64,000 nt of DNA from Octopus sinensis (Eukaryota). Of this stretch, positions 51,960 to 64,000 are shown in pieces (positions within the stretch are counted from its first letter, which is position 1; every line of letters begins with the position of its first letter). The DNA lies in NCBI RefSeq assembly GCF_006345805.1, contig NC_043004.1, forward strand, positions 80,476,001-80,540,000. Direction: 5' to 3'. A program made the position numbers and the translations under genes. A model generated the notes under the pieces. That model saw nothing but the letters and a program-made list of their open reading frames with translations, had not been told where the DNA came from and did no database searches.

Positions 51960-54247
51960 GTATATGTATGTATGTATATATGTATATGTATATATAATGT
52001 ATATATATGTATATATAATGTATATATATATATGTGTATATATGTATATATATATATTGTATATATAATGTATATATATATAATGTGTATATATGTATAT
52101 ATAATGTGTATATATGTATATATAATGTGTATATATGTATATATAATGTATATATATGTATATATATTTATGTAAATGTATGTATGTATGTCTGTGTAGA
52201 AAACGGTCGATGTTGGTGGATGTAATGATAATTGTATGCCACTGTATGCATGCGATCTGTATGAAGGTGTGTATGGGTATAACTACATATGTAACTCCAC
52301 ACATACACACACACACACACAGGTGCGCGTGCGTAACAACATATGTATAGACAAGCATTAATCTTAACTTTAATAGTGGAAACTTTCCCATTTTGAAAAA
52401 TAACCGAAGAGAAGCTTTATTTAAGAATCTTCGCCTGAAGAAATAGATGTGTACAAGACTATGGAATATCGAAAAATCAATGAGTCGTATTGAATTTATA
52501 TCAATAAAGTCTTGTGATTTCCAAGCTAGCAATTACCATTCCCACCATGGGGCATTAGAATTTTTTAAAGAGATTTTGAGTGGTTTGAGATAAGGAAACA
52601 TTCTTATGAAATGTTTGGAAATTTGGTGTTAGAATTTCCTGTATGTCATATGTAAAATATCTGGAGATCTCTGACTTGTTGTTTTGGGTGAACTACAAAG
52701 GTTAGGGGTTTTAAAGATGAAAATATTGGTAACTTTAAGAATCCTGGTCTAGAAGACTTTGAATTACCAAAATGCCAGTGCTGAGAAGTTTCCTTCCCAA
52801 CCACTGGGTACTGGGTTCAGTCCCACTGCATGGCAGCTTGGGTGAGTATCTTCTGCTATAACCTCAGGCCGACATGTGTCTTTGTGTCTGGTTTGTCCAC
52901 CACCACCACCACTTGGTAACCACTGTTGGTTTGTTTGCATCCCTGTAACTTTGCCGTTTGGCATTAAGAGACTGGGAGAATAAGTACCAGGCTTTGTTAA
53001 GAAAAGATAGAAAATCTACTGGGCATGATTCATTCAACTAAAAAATTTTGAAGGCAATGCCCCAGCATGGCCGTAACCTAATGACTGAAACAAGTAAAAG
53101 ATAAAATGGTTCTGAGGCTTCTTTTCTTGGAGTTCCTAAAGGTTTAACTCAAGGTGTCTTAGTTGCATAAAGATGGTGCTTGGGTTCAAAAGGTTAGGAA
53201 GGATCAAAGGGCAGCAGGCATTATCTGTGTAAGAGGGTGCGGCTGTTATTGGAAACTGATTGCAGATATGTTATTGATATTTAGGAGAAATAAGGCAGCA
53301 AGCTGGTAGAATTGTTACAGCACCGGGCAAAATGCTTTGCAACATTTTGTCTGTCTTTATGTTCTGAGTTCAAATTCCGCTAAATTCTGCGGAGATCGAC
53401 TTTTCCTTTCATTCTTTTGGGGGTCGATAAAATGAGTACCAGTTATATACTGGGGTTGATGTAATCGACTATCCCCCTCCGCACAAATTTCAGGCCTTGT
53501 ACCTTTAATTGAAAGGATATTTGGGGGGAAATTGTGTAAGGAGGAGGGCCAAAACTGAAGACTGGAATACAGCAGAATAGATATTGTGCAGGGCTAGGTG
53601 GTGGTGGTGGTGGTGCGGGGTGGGTCTCAGAGAGCTCTATCAGCATGTAGCATGAGAGTGTGGTCTGCCAGAAAGCCGCCAGTCCACGAGACGAGACATA
53701 ATTATCGGTGCTATTTACTAATTCATCTCTCCTCAGCAAATGAAAAAAAAGAAGGGAGATAAAAAGATGTAAACACAAAGACGTACACACAGACACACAC
53801 ACACATACACATACACGCAGCAAAATTTCTAATGGAATTCGGTTTTTCTTTTGATCCTTATATTTGCTAATCTTCCTAATGTGATGAAGGTGATGGGAAT
53901 AGCTGGCTCATTGTTGAACATGCTAAAATATTTACAGATATTAATAACTACTGGTGTGAACATAATACCAGGAGATGGAAAAAAAAAAAATGGGGGTAAA
54001 GAAAGGAAAAAAAAAACAGGAAAAAAATATTCATATCACCAAAGAATTCTCCAGAATATTTGGTAACAAAAAGGAAAATCTCAATTCTCTGCTAATATTG
54101 ATTTCTTTTGGTCGATGAGAGACTGGGTCAATTATTGTACGGTTGTGTGTATGGAACTTCTAGTAGCTTGCTTATTTACCCCCACCACAACAACCAAGGT
54201 ATTACTGGTATAGTGAAGGTGCATGGTTTGGTGGTAGGGGTTTTTAA

Positions 54248-54480
54248 AAAGGCAGCGAGCTGGCAGAATCGTTAGCATGCCGGGCGAAATGCTCAGCAGT
54301 ATTTCGTCTGTTGCTACGTTCTGAGTTCAAATTCCGACGAGGTTGGCTTTGCCTTTCATCCTTTTGGGGTTAATAAATTAAGTACCAGTTACGCATTGGG
54401 TCAATATAATCACTTAATCCGTTTGTCTGTCCTTGTTTGTCCTCTGTGTTTAGCCCCTTGTGGGTAGTAAAGAAATAGGT
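54248..54480 (+). mobile_element. SINE family A copy (further full or partial copies near 17.1-17.5, 24.4, 24.8, 38.9, 41.0, 53.3, 56.1, 59.1-60.1 and 61.0 kb)
   Basis: Same head, core and tail (...ccccttgtgggtagtaaagaaatagg). Confidence 0.85.
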
Positions 54481-55014
54481 AGGGGTTTTCAAATCAGAAC
54501 TGTAACTTGTGAGTTAGATTCCCAGGGACGTGTTGTGTTTTGGGCAAGGCATTTTATTTCACGTTACTCCAGGCAACTCAGCTGGAAAAAGTGAATAGTA
54601 CCTGTAATTTCAAAGGGCCAACTTCATCACATTCTGTGCCATGCAGAATCTCCCCGGGAGCTATGTTAAGGGTACATGTTTCTGTGGAGTGCTCAGCCAC
54701 TTGTATGTTAATTTCATGATTGAATCAACAGGAATCCTTCACTTCGTAACCAATGAAGTACCAGTTCATTACTGGTATACTCTTTTACTCCTTTACTTGT
54801 TTCAGTCATGTGACTGTGGCCATGCTGGAGCACCACCTTTTAGTCGAGCAAATCGACTCCAGCACTTATTCTTTGTAAGCCTAGTACTTATTCCATCGGT
54901 CTCTTTTGTCAAACCGCTAACTTATGGGGACGTAAATACACCAGCATCGGTTGTCAAGCGATGCTGGGGGAACAAACACAGACAAAAACACACACACACA
55001 CACACACATACATA

Positions 55015-55410
55015 CATCATCATCATCATCATCATCATCATTTAGCGTCCGTTTTCCATGCTAGCATGGGTTGGACGGTTCTACTGGGGTCTGTGAAGCC
55101 AGAAGGCTTCATCAGGCCCAGTCAAATCTGGCAGTGTTTCTACGGCTGGATGCCCTTCCTAATGCCAACCACTCCGTGAATGTAGTGGGTGCTTTTTACG
55201 TGCCACCCGCACTGGTGCCAGACAGAGCTGGCAAACGGCCACGAACGGATGGTGCTTTTTATGTGCCACCGGCACGAGGGCCAGGCGAGGCTGGCAACGG
55301 ACACGAAACGGGGCGGTGCTGGCAACGGTCGCGAAACGGAAAGTTCTCTTACATGCCACCGGCACTGGTAACACATCTGCAATTTCCATTGATCGATTTC
55401 CATTGATCGA
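55015..55410 (-). mobile_element. SINE-like family E with RTE-type 3' tail and (GAT)n end, nested in a family B copy (other copies near 36.2, 38.4, 40.9, 46.9 and 61.9-62.2 kb)
   Basis: GGTTGGCATTAGGAAGGGCATCCAGC...CCAACCCATGCTAGCATGGAAAACGGACGCTAAATGATGATG on the minus strand; internal GTGCCACCGGCAC modules. Confidence 0.75.
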
Positions 55411-56400
55411 TTTCGAGACGGTCTTCTTTCAGTTTCCATCTACCAAATCCACTCACAGGCTTTGGGCGGCCCGAGGCTATAGTAGAAGACACTTAGCCAA
55501 GCTACCACGCAGTGGGACTGAACCCGGAACCATGTGGTTGGTAAGCAATCTACTTACCACACAGCCACTTCTATGCCTATAGGAACATTTATTCTGATCA
55601 CATGATCTGCTTGAAAGAACAGCCAAATGTCCCTTAAATCATATTCTTTTTTTGGTGGGGGGTTGCACCTTTTATTGAGAGGAGAAAGAAATGTCTATCA
55701 CCATTTAAAGCAGCCTGTGGGGGAAGAGAGAAAGGATTTTGTAAATTAGGGAGCTGGCCTTGCCTGCCAAACAGTGGAATTTGCTAAAGGTACCCAAGCT
55801 GTCAGTGCCTGGTGGTAGTGAAGATTAGCTTCACAGTATTTTGTCTGCTGAGATTAGCTTTACAACATCTTATCGATCTTTACGCTCTGAGTTCAAATTC
55901 TGCTGAGGTCAGCTTTGCTTTTCATGTTTTCTGGGTCAGTGAATTTACCGGTGAAAGACAGGGGTCGATGTATTTGACTAGCCCCCTTCCCACCAAGTTC
56001 CAGGCCTTGTTCCTTTAATAGAAAGGATTATTTATTATTATTATTATTAAGGCGGCAAGCTGGCAGAACCGTTAGCATACCAGGCAAAATGTTTAGCGGC
56101 ATTTTGTCCGTCCTGACGTTCTAAGTTCAAATTCTGCAGAGGTCGACTCTGCCTTTCATCTTTACGGGATCTATAAAATAAGTACCAGTTGAACACTGGG
56201 GTTGATGTAATCCACTTATCCCCACTATCGCCGAAATTGCTGGCCTTGTGCCAAAATTTGAAACTATCATCAGCATCATCACCATCATCATTATTATTAT
56301 TATTATTATGTCATCTTTGTGAAAGTCATTATCTTGTCACTGAAATATTCTATTTTTCCAACTCCGCTGGATGCTCACCTTTATGTCTTACGGCATATGC

Positions 56401-56560
56401 TCATTTAATGGTCAGTCGTCCAAAATTCACTATGGCATTTAGCAAATTGCCAAGAATATGTCCTTCCATTGTATTCATTGGCAAAACTTCACATTGCCTC
56501 AATTCTTCCGTAATTACTAAAGTCAATTATTCTCACTAAAACAAAAGTAATTATATTCCA
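56401..56560 (-). mobile_element. Possible hAT transposase remnant
   Basis: ITFVLVRIID / LVITEELRQCEVLPMNTMEGHILGNLLNAIVNFGRLTIK* weakly resembles the hAT 'VR.ID...TEE.L...P...T.G..I' segment. Frameshifted and short. Confidence 0.3.
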
Positions 56561-58345
56561 AAATAATGACACAAAGTTTGCCATTCTTGCATAGTTTGAC
56601 TTCACCAAATTCACAGAGATGCTTGCACAGCACTCATCTCTTATACCGTTCCATCATTCACACACACACACATACACACACACACACAGATCTTTGCACC
56701 CATCCCCTTCACATACACATGCCTCCACAGTTATGACCTTTTCAGAAACACAGAAAATGCCTCGATTCAATTCAAAATAGCTTTGTCTTATTTTATTATA
56801 TTTTTAAATTTAATTTCAGTATATGAATTCACTTTTATTAATTTCACATTTGTTCATTACATCCTGGCTTTTTAACTGTTAGAAAGAAATTAGAAAAACA
56901 GCGTGATATTTCATGATTTCTAGGTAGTAATTCAAACCAATTTTTAGAGAGTTAGCTTTTCTTCCTCAAAACCCAGATAAAAGCGCTTAATACATATATA
57001 TTAATAAAGTGATGTTAGTCATCCTTGCAGTGTATCTTAAGTGAAACGGATTAGGAAGCAAATTATGAACGAAGCTTTTAACTTGGGGAATAATTTTAAG
57101 AATTGGTTCTTTTTATGAGAAGCCAAGATATGGGGTCGGGAGCGACTGGTAAATTAAATAGACTGTTCGCAAATCTTAGCTGTTCTAATATCTAGATTTC
57201 GAAACGACCTATTATTAATAAATAAAGTAGCATTAACTTTATTAGTAATTACCAATATAATCTTTTTGAAATTTTATATGTGTAATTCTGAAACACTCTT
57301 ATTTATTTATTTATTTATTATTATTGTTATCATTATTATTATTATTATTATATTATTATTATTGTTATTTCTAAATTCTTCCATATAAATTCTTGTACTT
57401 TCACTCAACTTTTGTTATGAAAGGAAGAGGAGAAAAGGAGGAATTTTAAAAGATTGGTTCCTCATTTCATAATTAACTGACTCAGATTCATTAAGGAAAA
57501 GTAGTTTCGCTTACTCAACTTTGTATATATAGGAATTAACTCTTCACAGTCTGTTACAAATGGTCCAAGTCAAAAGCCTGTTCTTGTAATGAATCCAGTG
57601 CAGAACAGAAATAAATGATTAAAAGAAGAGATTAGTTTTCCTCCCTTTTATATCAGAGAGTTCCTTATTTCCTTCAAAATGAATGTAAACAAGGTTATTA
57701 CAACACTTGACATGTCGCGTGTTTCAAGATTAGCTGACTGCAGTTCCATGTGCTGCTATGTTATACAGGAAATTATTATTATAAAAGCTTGCAAAAACAG
57801 TTCATTAGATAAAATGCTTAGCTGCAGTTCTTTCAATTTTTTATGTTCTGAGTCCAAATCCTGCACAGGTTTGTCTTTGCCTTTCATTCTTTCGGGGTCA
57901 ATAAGACAAGTACCAGTTGTGTACTGGGAGTCAATGTAATTGACTTACCCACTCCCCTGAAATTGCTGCGCTTGTGTCAAAATTTTTAATTATTATTGTT
58001 GTTGTTGTTCAAGGTGTTGCATTAACAGAATTGATACTTATTTTATTGGCCTCTTTTGCTGAACCGCTAAGTTACAGGGAAGTAAAAACACCAACATCAG
58101 TTGCAGTGGGGGGCAATCTCAAACACACACACAGATATATATACGTACATATATATATATATATATTTCGTTTTTGGATTTGGTTTGTGAGGTTGTGTTC
58201 CAGATACAACAGTATATATATATATATATGCCGAAATCTGCGATGAGGGATCAGTTTCTGACTGAAGAATGAAGGCTTTGAATGACCCGTTTGTTTTTTT
58301 GTTCGTCCCTTCGTGTATTTCACGTTATTTATTTATGTAAAGGTT

Positions 58346-58385
<40 letters not shown>

Positions 58386-58871
58386 ATGTGTGGTTAGGAT
58401 GTTTGCTTTGCAGCCACATGGTATCACGTTTGGTCTCACTGTATAGCACCTTGGGCAAGTAAGTGTCTTCTGTTATAGCCCAAGGCCGACTGAAGCCTTG
58501 TGGTTGAATTTGGCACTTGGATCTTTCCGTCATTTACATACATGTGTAAGTGCTTGTGCCTGCTAACATAAGTGCATATTTATGATGGGCTTCTTTTTAG
58601 TTTCCTTCTACCAAATCCAATCAAAAGGCTTTGTTTGGCTTGAGGCTATAGTAAAAGACACTCGCCTAAGGTGCCATGCAGTGGGACTGAACCCTGAACC
58701 ATGTGGTTGGGAAGTAAGTTTCTAACCACACAGCCTTTACCTACACCTGTTGTTATTCATCTTTCCTGCGAATATTTCATTCTGAGATCTTTATAAACAG
58801 CATCCTAAGTGAAAATCTGAATGAAAAGACAATGATACTATGAATGAAAGAATATGCCAAATCTGTGATGG

Positions 58872-58904
<33 letters not shown>

Positions 58905-61500
58905 CAATGGCGGTGGAGGTGTTCGTGGCAACAGGGACAATTGTGTTCGATGGATACATTACCGTTGAGTTAGATTCTTGATGGCAAATAAGTGCAGACA
59001 GTTATGAGCAACTGTCTGTTTTATACGTGCTTATAATTATAAGAGAACTAACATTGTCATTATCACCGTCATCATCGTCATCATTAAGATGGTGAGCTGC
59101 CAGAATTGTTAGTTTGTTGGATAAAATGCTTGGCAGCATGTTTTTTTTCCAGTTCTTTACGTTCTGAGTTCTAAGTCAAGGAAGACTTTGCCTTTCGTCC
59201 TACTGGGGACAATGTAATCAGTGTACCCACTTGCCCCAAAATTGCTGGACTTGTGCCAAATTTTTGAAACCATAATTATTATTAGTATTATTATTTGGTA
59301 GCAAGCTAAGGTGGTGAGCTGGCAGAAACGTTAGCACGCTGGGCGAAATGCTTAGCGGTATTTCGTCTGCCACTACGTTCTGAGTTCAAATTCCACCGAG
59401 GTCGAATTTGCCTTTCATCCTTTCGGGGTCGATTAAATAAGTACCAGTTATGCACTGGGGTCGATATAATCAACTTAATCCGTTTGTCTGTCCTCTCTGT
59501 GTTTGGTCCATTGTGGGTAGTAAAGAAATATGTATTTCGTCTGTTGTTACGTTTCTGAGTTCAAATTCCGCTGAGGTTGACTTTGCCTTTCATCCTTTCT
59601 GGGTTGATAGATTAAGTACCAGTTGCATACTGGAGTGGATCTAATCAACTGGGCCCCTCCCCACGAATTTTAGACCTTGTACCTAGAGTAGAAAAGAATC
59701 ATTAGCATGCTGGATGAAATGCTTAGCCATATTTCACCCATCACTATGTTCAGATTCTGCCGAGGTCGACTTTGCTTTACATCCTTTTGGGGTTGATAAA
59801 TTAAGTACCAGTTAAACACCGAGATGAATGTAATCGATTAATCCTCTCCCCCCCCAAATTGCCGGCCTTGTGGCAAAATTTGAAACCAGTGTTATCTTTA
59901 TCATCATCATCATTATCATCATGAGGCAGGGAGCTGGCAGGATCGTTAGCACGCCGGGCAAAATGCTTAGCGGTATTTCGTCTGCTGCTATGTTCTGAGT
60001 TCAAATTCCACTGAGGTCGACTTTACCTTTCATCCTTTCGGTGTTGATAAGTCAAGTACCAGTTGAGTACTGGGGGTCGATGTGATCAACTGCTCCCCTC
60101 TCCACATAATCCAGGCCTTGTGCCTATAGAAGAAAGGATTATTTGGTAGTGGGCTGGCTGTGGTTGCTGACTGGCTAAAATACTTAATGACATTTCATCC
60201 ATATTTACATTTTAATTCAAATTTTGCCACGGTCCCCTTTGTCTTTCTTCGTTTCAAGAAAGACTTTGGTCAGCCTGGGGCTGTAGTAAAAGCCACTTCC
60301 CCAAGATGCCATGCAGTGGGACTGAACCCACAACCATGTGGTTGGTAAGCAAGCTATTTACCACACAGCTACTTCTGTGCTTATATGTTGATTCCAGTCA
60401 CAAATCTTTGATCAGCCTGGGGTCATAGTAGAAGACATTTGCCCATGGTACCATACAGAGGGACTGAACCTGAAACCACACAGACATGCTTGTATCTCTC
60501 TCTTACTCTCTCTGATTCTCTCTATCTGTCTGTCTGTCTGTCTCTCTATATCTATGTTTATGTGTACATATACACACACATACACTTGCACAAATCCTCA
60601 AAATTCGTGGCCTGATGCCAACTGTAGGAACTGGTTTTGTTATGTTTATTGTCTGTGAATAAGTAAATGACAATTACCTTGATCTGTCTGAAGAATTTTT
60701 GTCTGTGAATATCTCTGATCAATATGACAGCTTATGGAATTAATCTAAAAGAGATAACAATGATAGTCCAGTGTTGTTTCTCATTTCTAAACCGTCTGCT
60801 GCCTTTTCCTTCCTTCATTCTTGTCTCTACAGACTTGTTGCTACAAACCATTTTCAACAAGCACATCATCATCATAATTTAACGTTTGTCTTTCCATGCT
60901 GTCTTCGGCTGGATTGTCTGACGGTTCTGACGAACCAAAGGGCTGCGACGAGCTCCCTTGTCGCCTTTAGTCTTATTTCTATGACTAGAAGGGCAGTGAA
61001 CTGGTAGAATTGTTAGCATGCTGGACAAAATGCTTAGCGGTATTTCGCCTGTTGCTACGTTCTGAGTTCAAATTCCACCAATGTCGACTTCGTCATTCGT
61101 CCTTTCAGGGTTGGTAAGACGAATACCAGCCAAACATTGGGGGTCGATGTAATTGATTTGTCCCCTCCCTTGAAATTTCAGGCCTTGTGAAAGGATTATT
61201 TCTATGAGTGGATGTCTTTCCTAATGTCAACACAATGTACAGGGCACACAATATGTACCCTGTCATTCAGGTACCCTGTTAAATACTTCTGTTGACCATA
61301 TTTCTGTTAAGATAAACTGTCTTTGTTTCAGTTAATTTTGATAATATTCCATTTAATTAAATAACTTTATCATCATTCATCCGGCGTTTGGAACATAAAT
61401 CAAGAAGGAATTTTCATATTTAGATCACTTTAATTCTTTTGTTACCATATTTCTATTAAAATACACTGCTTTTGCAGTTCTATATTTAAGAGATGAGGAA

Positions 61501-61736
61501 TTATCTACATTATTTACATTATTTACATTTGACGGATATTTGTCCTCATCTTGTTTGTTGTTAACGCAATATTTCATCTGTTGTACCCTCCAGCCTTCAT
61601 CAAGTGTCCTGGGTGAATTTCAAACCTGGGTTCTCATTCCTAATGTATTTTTCGATATTATTATTATGGTGTAGTGGTTAAGAGCGTGGGCTATTAACCC
61701 CAAGATTCCAAGTTCGATTCCAAGCAGTGACCTGAA
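61501..61736 (-). mobile_element. Second, decayed copy of the tRNA-head/hammerhead composite
   Basis: Minus-strand body with decayed HHR (61564-61607: ACAC UUGAUGA A GGCUG...CAGAU GAA AUAU U GCGU). Plus-strand tRNA-like head 61668-61736 with A-box-like GGTGTAGTGG and B-box GTTCGATTCC. Confidence 0.7.
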
Positions 61737-62336
61737 CATCAAGTGTAAATATTGTATATATATACTGCTTTTGTTTCAATTAATATCGAAAATAATAAAG
61801 GATTTAGTAACATAACTTTGTCTTTATTAATCTAGTGTTTGGAACATAAATTAACATGGAATTTTCATGCAAAAGATTTTAATTTAGATTACTTCTTTAA
61901 CACTTTATTGGCATGTGCCCGTGCTAGTAGGGTGCCAAGAGCACCATTCGAGCATGATCGTTACCAACGTTGCCTTCCTGGCACCTGTGCTGGTGGCATG
62001 TGTAAAAGGATTTGAGCGAGGTCGTTGCCAGTGCTGCCTGACAGGCCCTCATTTCGGTGTCACGTAAAAGCACCCACTACACTCTCAGAATGGTTGGCGC
62101 TAGGAAGGGCATCTAGCTGTAGAAACTGCCAGATCAAGATTGAAGCCTGGTGCAGCCATCTGGTTCGCCAGCCCTCAGTCAAATCGTCCAACACATGGAA
62201 AGCGGATGTTAAAAGATGATGACGATGATAATCTCTGTTGAAATACAGTCTCGTTATTGCAATTAATTTTGAAACTAATGAAGAATTTGGTGAAATATCT
62301 TTGTCGTTATTAAACTGGTGTTTAGAACATAAATTT

Positions 62337-62722
62337 GGCTGTGTGGTAAGTAGCTTGCTAACCAACCACATGGTTGCGGGTTCAGTCCCACTGCGTGGCA
62401 TCTTGGGCAAGTGTCTTCTGCTATAGCCCCGGGCCGACCAATGCCTTGTGAGTGGATTTGGTAGAGGGAAACTGAAAGAAGCCTGTCGTATATATGTATA
62501 TATATATATGTGTGTGTGTTTGTGTGTCTGTGTTTGTTCCCCCTAGCATTGCTTGACAACCAATGCTGGTGTGTTTACGTCCCCGTCACTTAGCGGTTTG
62601 GCAAAAGAGACCGATAGAATAAGTACTGGGCTTACAAAGAATAAGTCCCGGGGTCGATTTGCTCGACTAAAGGCGGTGCTCCAGCATGGCCGCAGTCAAA
62701 TGACTGAAACAAGTAAAAGAGT
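62337..62722 (+). mobile_element. SINE family B, full-length copy (other copies near 10.0, 11.4, 13.9, 16.1, 20.2, 28.0, 32.7, 40.6, 41.4, 42.0, 42.3, 52.8, 54.8, 58.4 and 60.3 kb)
   Basis: ggctgtgtggtaagtagcttgc...gggttcagtccc...cttgggcaagtgtcttc...(TA/TG)...ccagcatggccgcagtcaaatgactgaaacaagtaaaagag. Confidence 0.85.
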
Positions 62723-63097
62723 ATCAAATTTTGATTGAAGGTTTTTAATTTAGATCACGTTAATCCCTTTGTTTCCATATTTCTGTTAAGACACTCTGCC
62801 GTTTTGCAATTAATTTTTGAAATAACGAAGAATTTAGTAAAATAATTTTGTCATGATTAATTACGCTGGTGTTTAGAAACTAAATAAACTTGAAAATTTT
62901 GATGGAAGGTTTTAATTTAAGATTACTTTAAAACAGGAAGTTTGTATCGTGGAAACATACAGAATGGTTGGCACTAATGAGGCTGGCACATAACTTTCAA
63001 GATAAAAAAAAAAGTCGCCTCAGCTGAATGGAGAGCAGGGGGTAGAGAAAGAGAGAGAGGGAGAAATGGCTTTTTGCCAAGTGTTGTGAGGTTAAAA

Positions 63098-63496
63098 TCT
63101 CTCTATATATATATATAAAGCTAAAGTTGTCTGTGTATGGTAGGTGTGGTAGCCTTCATCTAACACTATCCCCTCCGAGACCCTGCAGTGTAAGTTGACC
63201 AAAATTGAGAGTATGATAGAAGAAGGCTTGCTCTTCATTCTGTAGAAGAAAGAACTTCAAATCGGACCATGTTAACACAAAAAATTATTTACATCAAAAA
63301 GGTGCTTTTTTTTTTTTCTATGAAAATCCCTATTTTTTAGGATTTTTTGACTGCTGTGTTACCATTTTTTGGTGTATTTCAACCAGAAAAATGTTCACTT
63401 AAAGGGAAAGCTACATAATGCAAAATTTTTACTTTTCAAAGATTCCAATTCTAAAGGGTCGAAACAAACCTGAGCAACGCCGGGCGATACTGATAG
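63098..63496 (+). mobile_element. Non-autonomous Helitron
   Basis: 5' TC(TC)TATATATATATAAAG; 3' hairpin CCTGAGCAACGCCGGG followed by ...CTGATAG (decayed CTAG); flanked by A (63097) and T (63497), as expected for A|T insertion. Confidence 0.7.
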
Positions 63497-64000
63497 TTTA
63501 TGATAGAGGGGCGGACACAGGTGTCTTCTTGTAGAGAAGATACATGGCTACTTTGCATTATATATGACGAGGCGACTGCAAGCGAAAAAAAACCAGCAAC
63601 AAAGTAATATAGAGAGATTAAATGTCCACAGCATAATCTCATGTGCAATGCGACATGTCATGTGCTGTTCTAGAGAAGAGAGAGGTGGTGGGGTGCCGTG
63701 TGTGTGTGTGTGTGTGTATGTATTTCGGACTCATTTCCTCAAGTACAAACGCTTCACGGTCATATCACTTCGCACCAAAATAACTTCAAGAGGAAAAAAA
63801 AAAAACTTCTTGGATTATATAGCTGCTTCCTTATCTTGCTTACATTTTTACCATTTCTTGTTATCAAGGTTGGTGCTAGTTGTTTTTTGCGATGAAGTTG
63901 TCAAAACAGTTTCTGATCGGTTTTAAGATTTCCTGCCCTCTCGTATTACAAATGATGGAGACTAAGCTTTGGGCAGCAGATTCAAAAACCGAAACAAAAT

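Overview
AT-rich, microsatellite-dense animal genomic DNA. I infer it is most likely Octopus (coleoid cephalopod), from the recurring tRNA-headed SINE families and the density of (TA)n/(CA)n/(AAT)n tracts; I cannot confirm the species. Nearly all ORF-track entries are translations of simple repeats or SINEs. The one well-supported host coding segment is a 171-nt, phase 1-1 internal exon on the + strand (26445-26615) encoding the glypican 'L-x-x-C...T-C-C...MEE-x-Y' block (GPC3/GPC5/dally-like exon 2). No other glypican exon could be identified, so much of the window is probably long intron. The rest is a layered transposon landscape: four recurring SINE-like families (labelled A, B, C, E here, with visible TSDs and nested insertions), decayed coding remnants of a Penelope-like RT, an RTE LINE RT, an RLE-type non-LTR C-terminus and possibly a hAT transposase, plus piggyBac-type MITEs, a non-autonomous Helitron and a Helentron-type element. 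The most striking unexplained signal is a set of hammerhead-ribozyme (HHR) motifs. There are three intact minimal type I HHRs in a near-identical ~440-bp tandem trimer (retrozyme-like), one intact minimal HHR in a composite element with an inverted tRNA-like head (present twice in the window), one extended type I HHR with an internal-loop stem I, and several CpG-decayed relatives. They sit alongside a Penelope RT remnant and a ~525-bp foldback. A qualitative shift to CpG-depleted sequence over ~36-62 kb suggests a germline-methylated domain.
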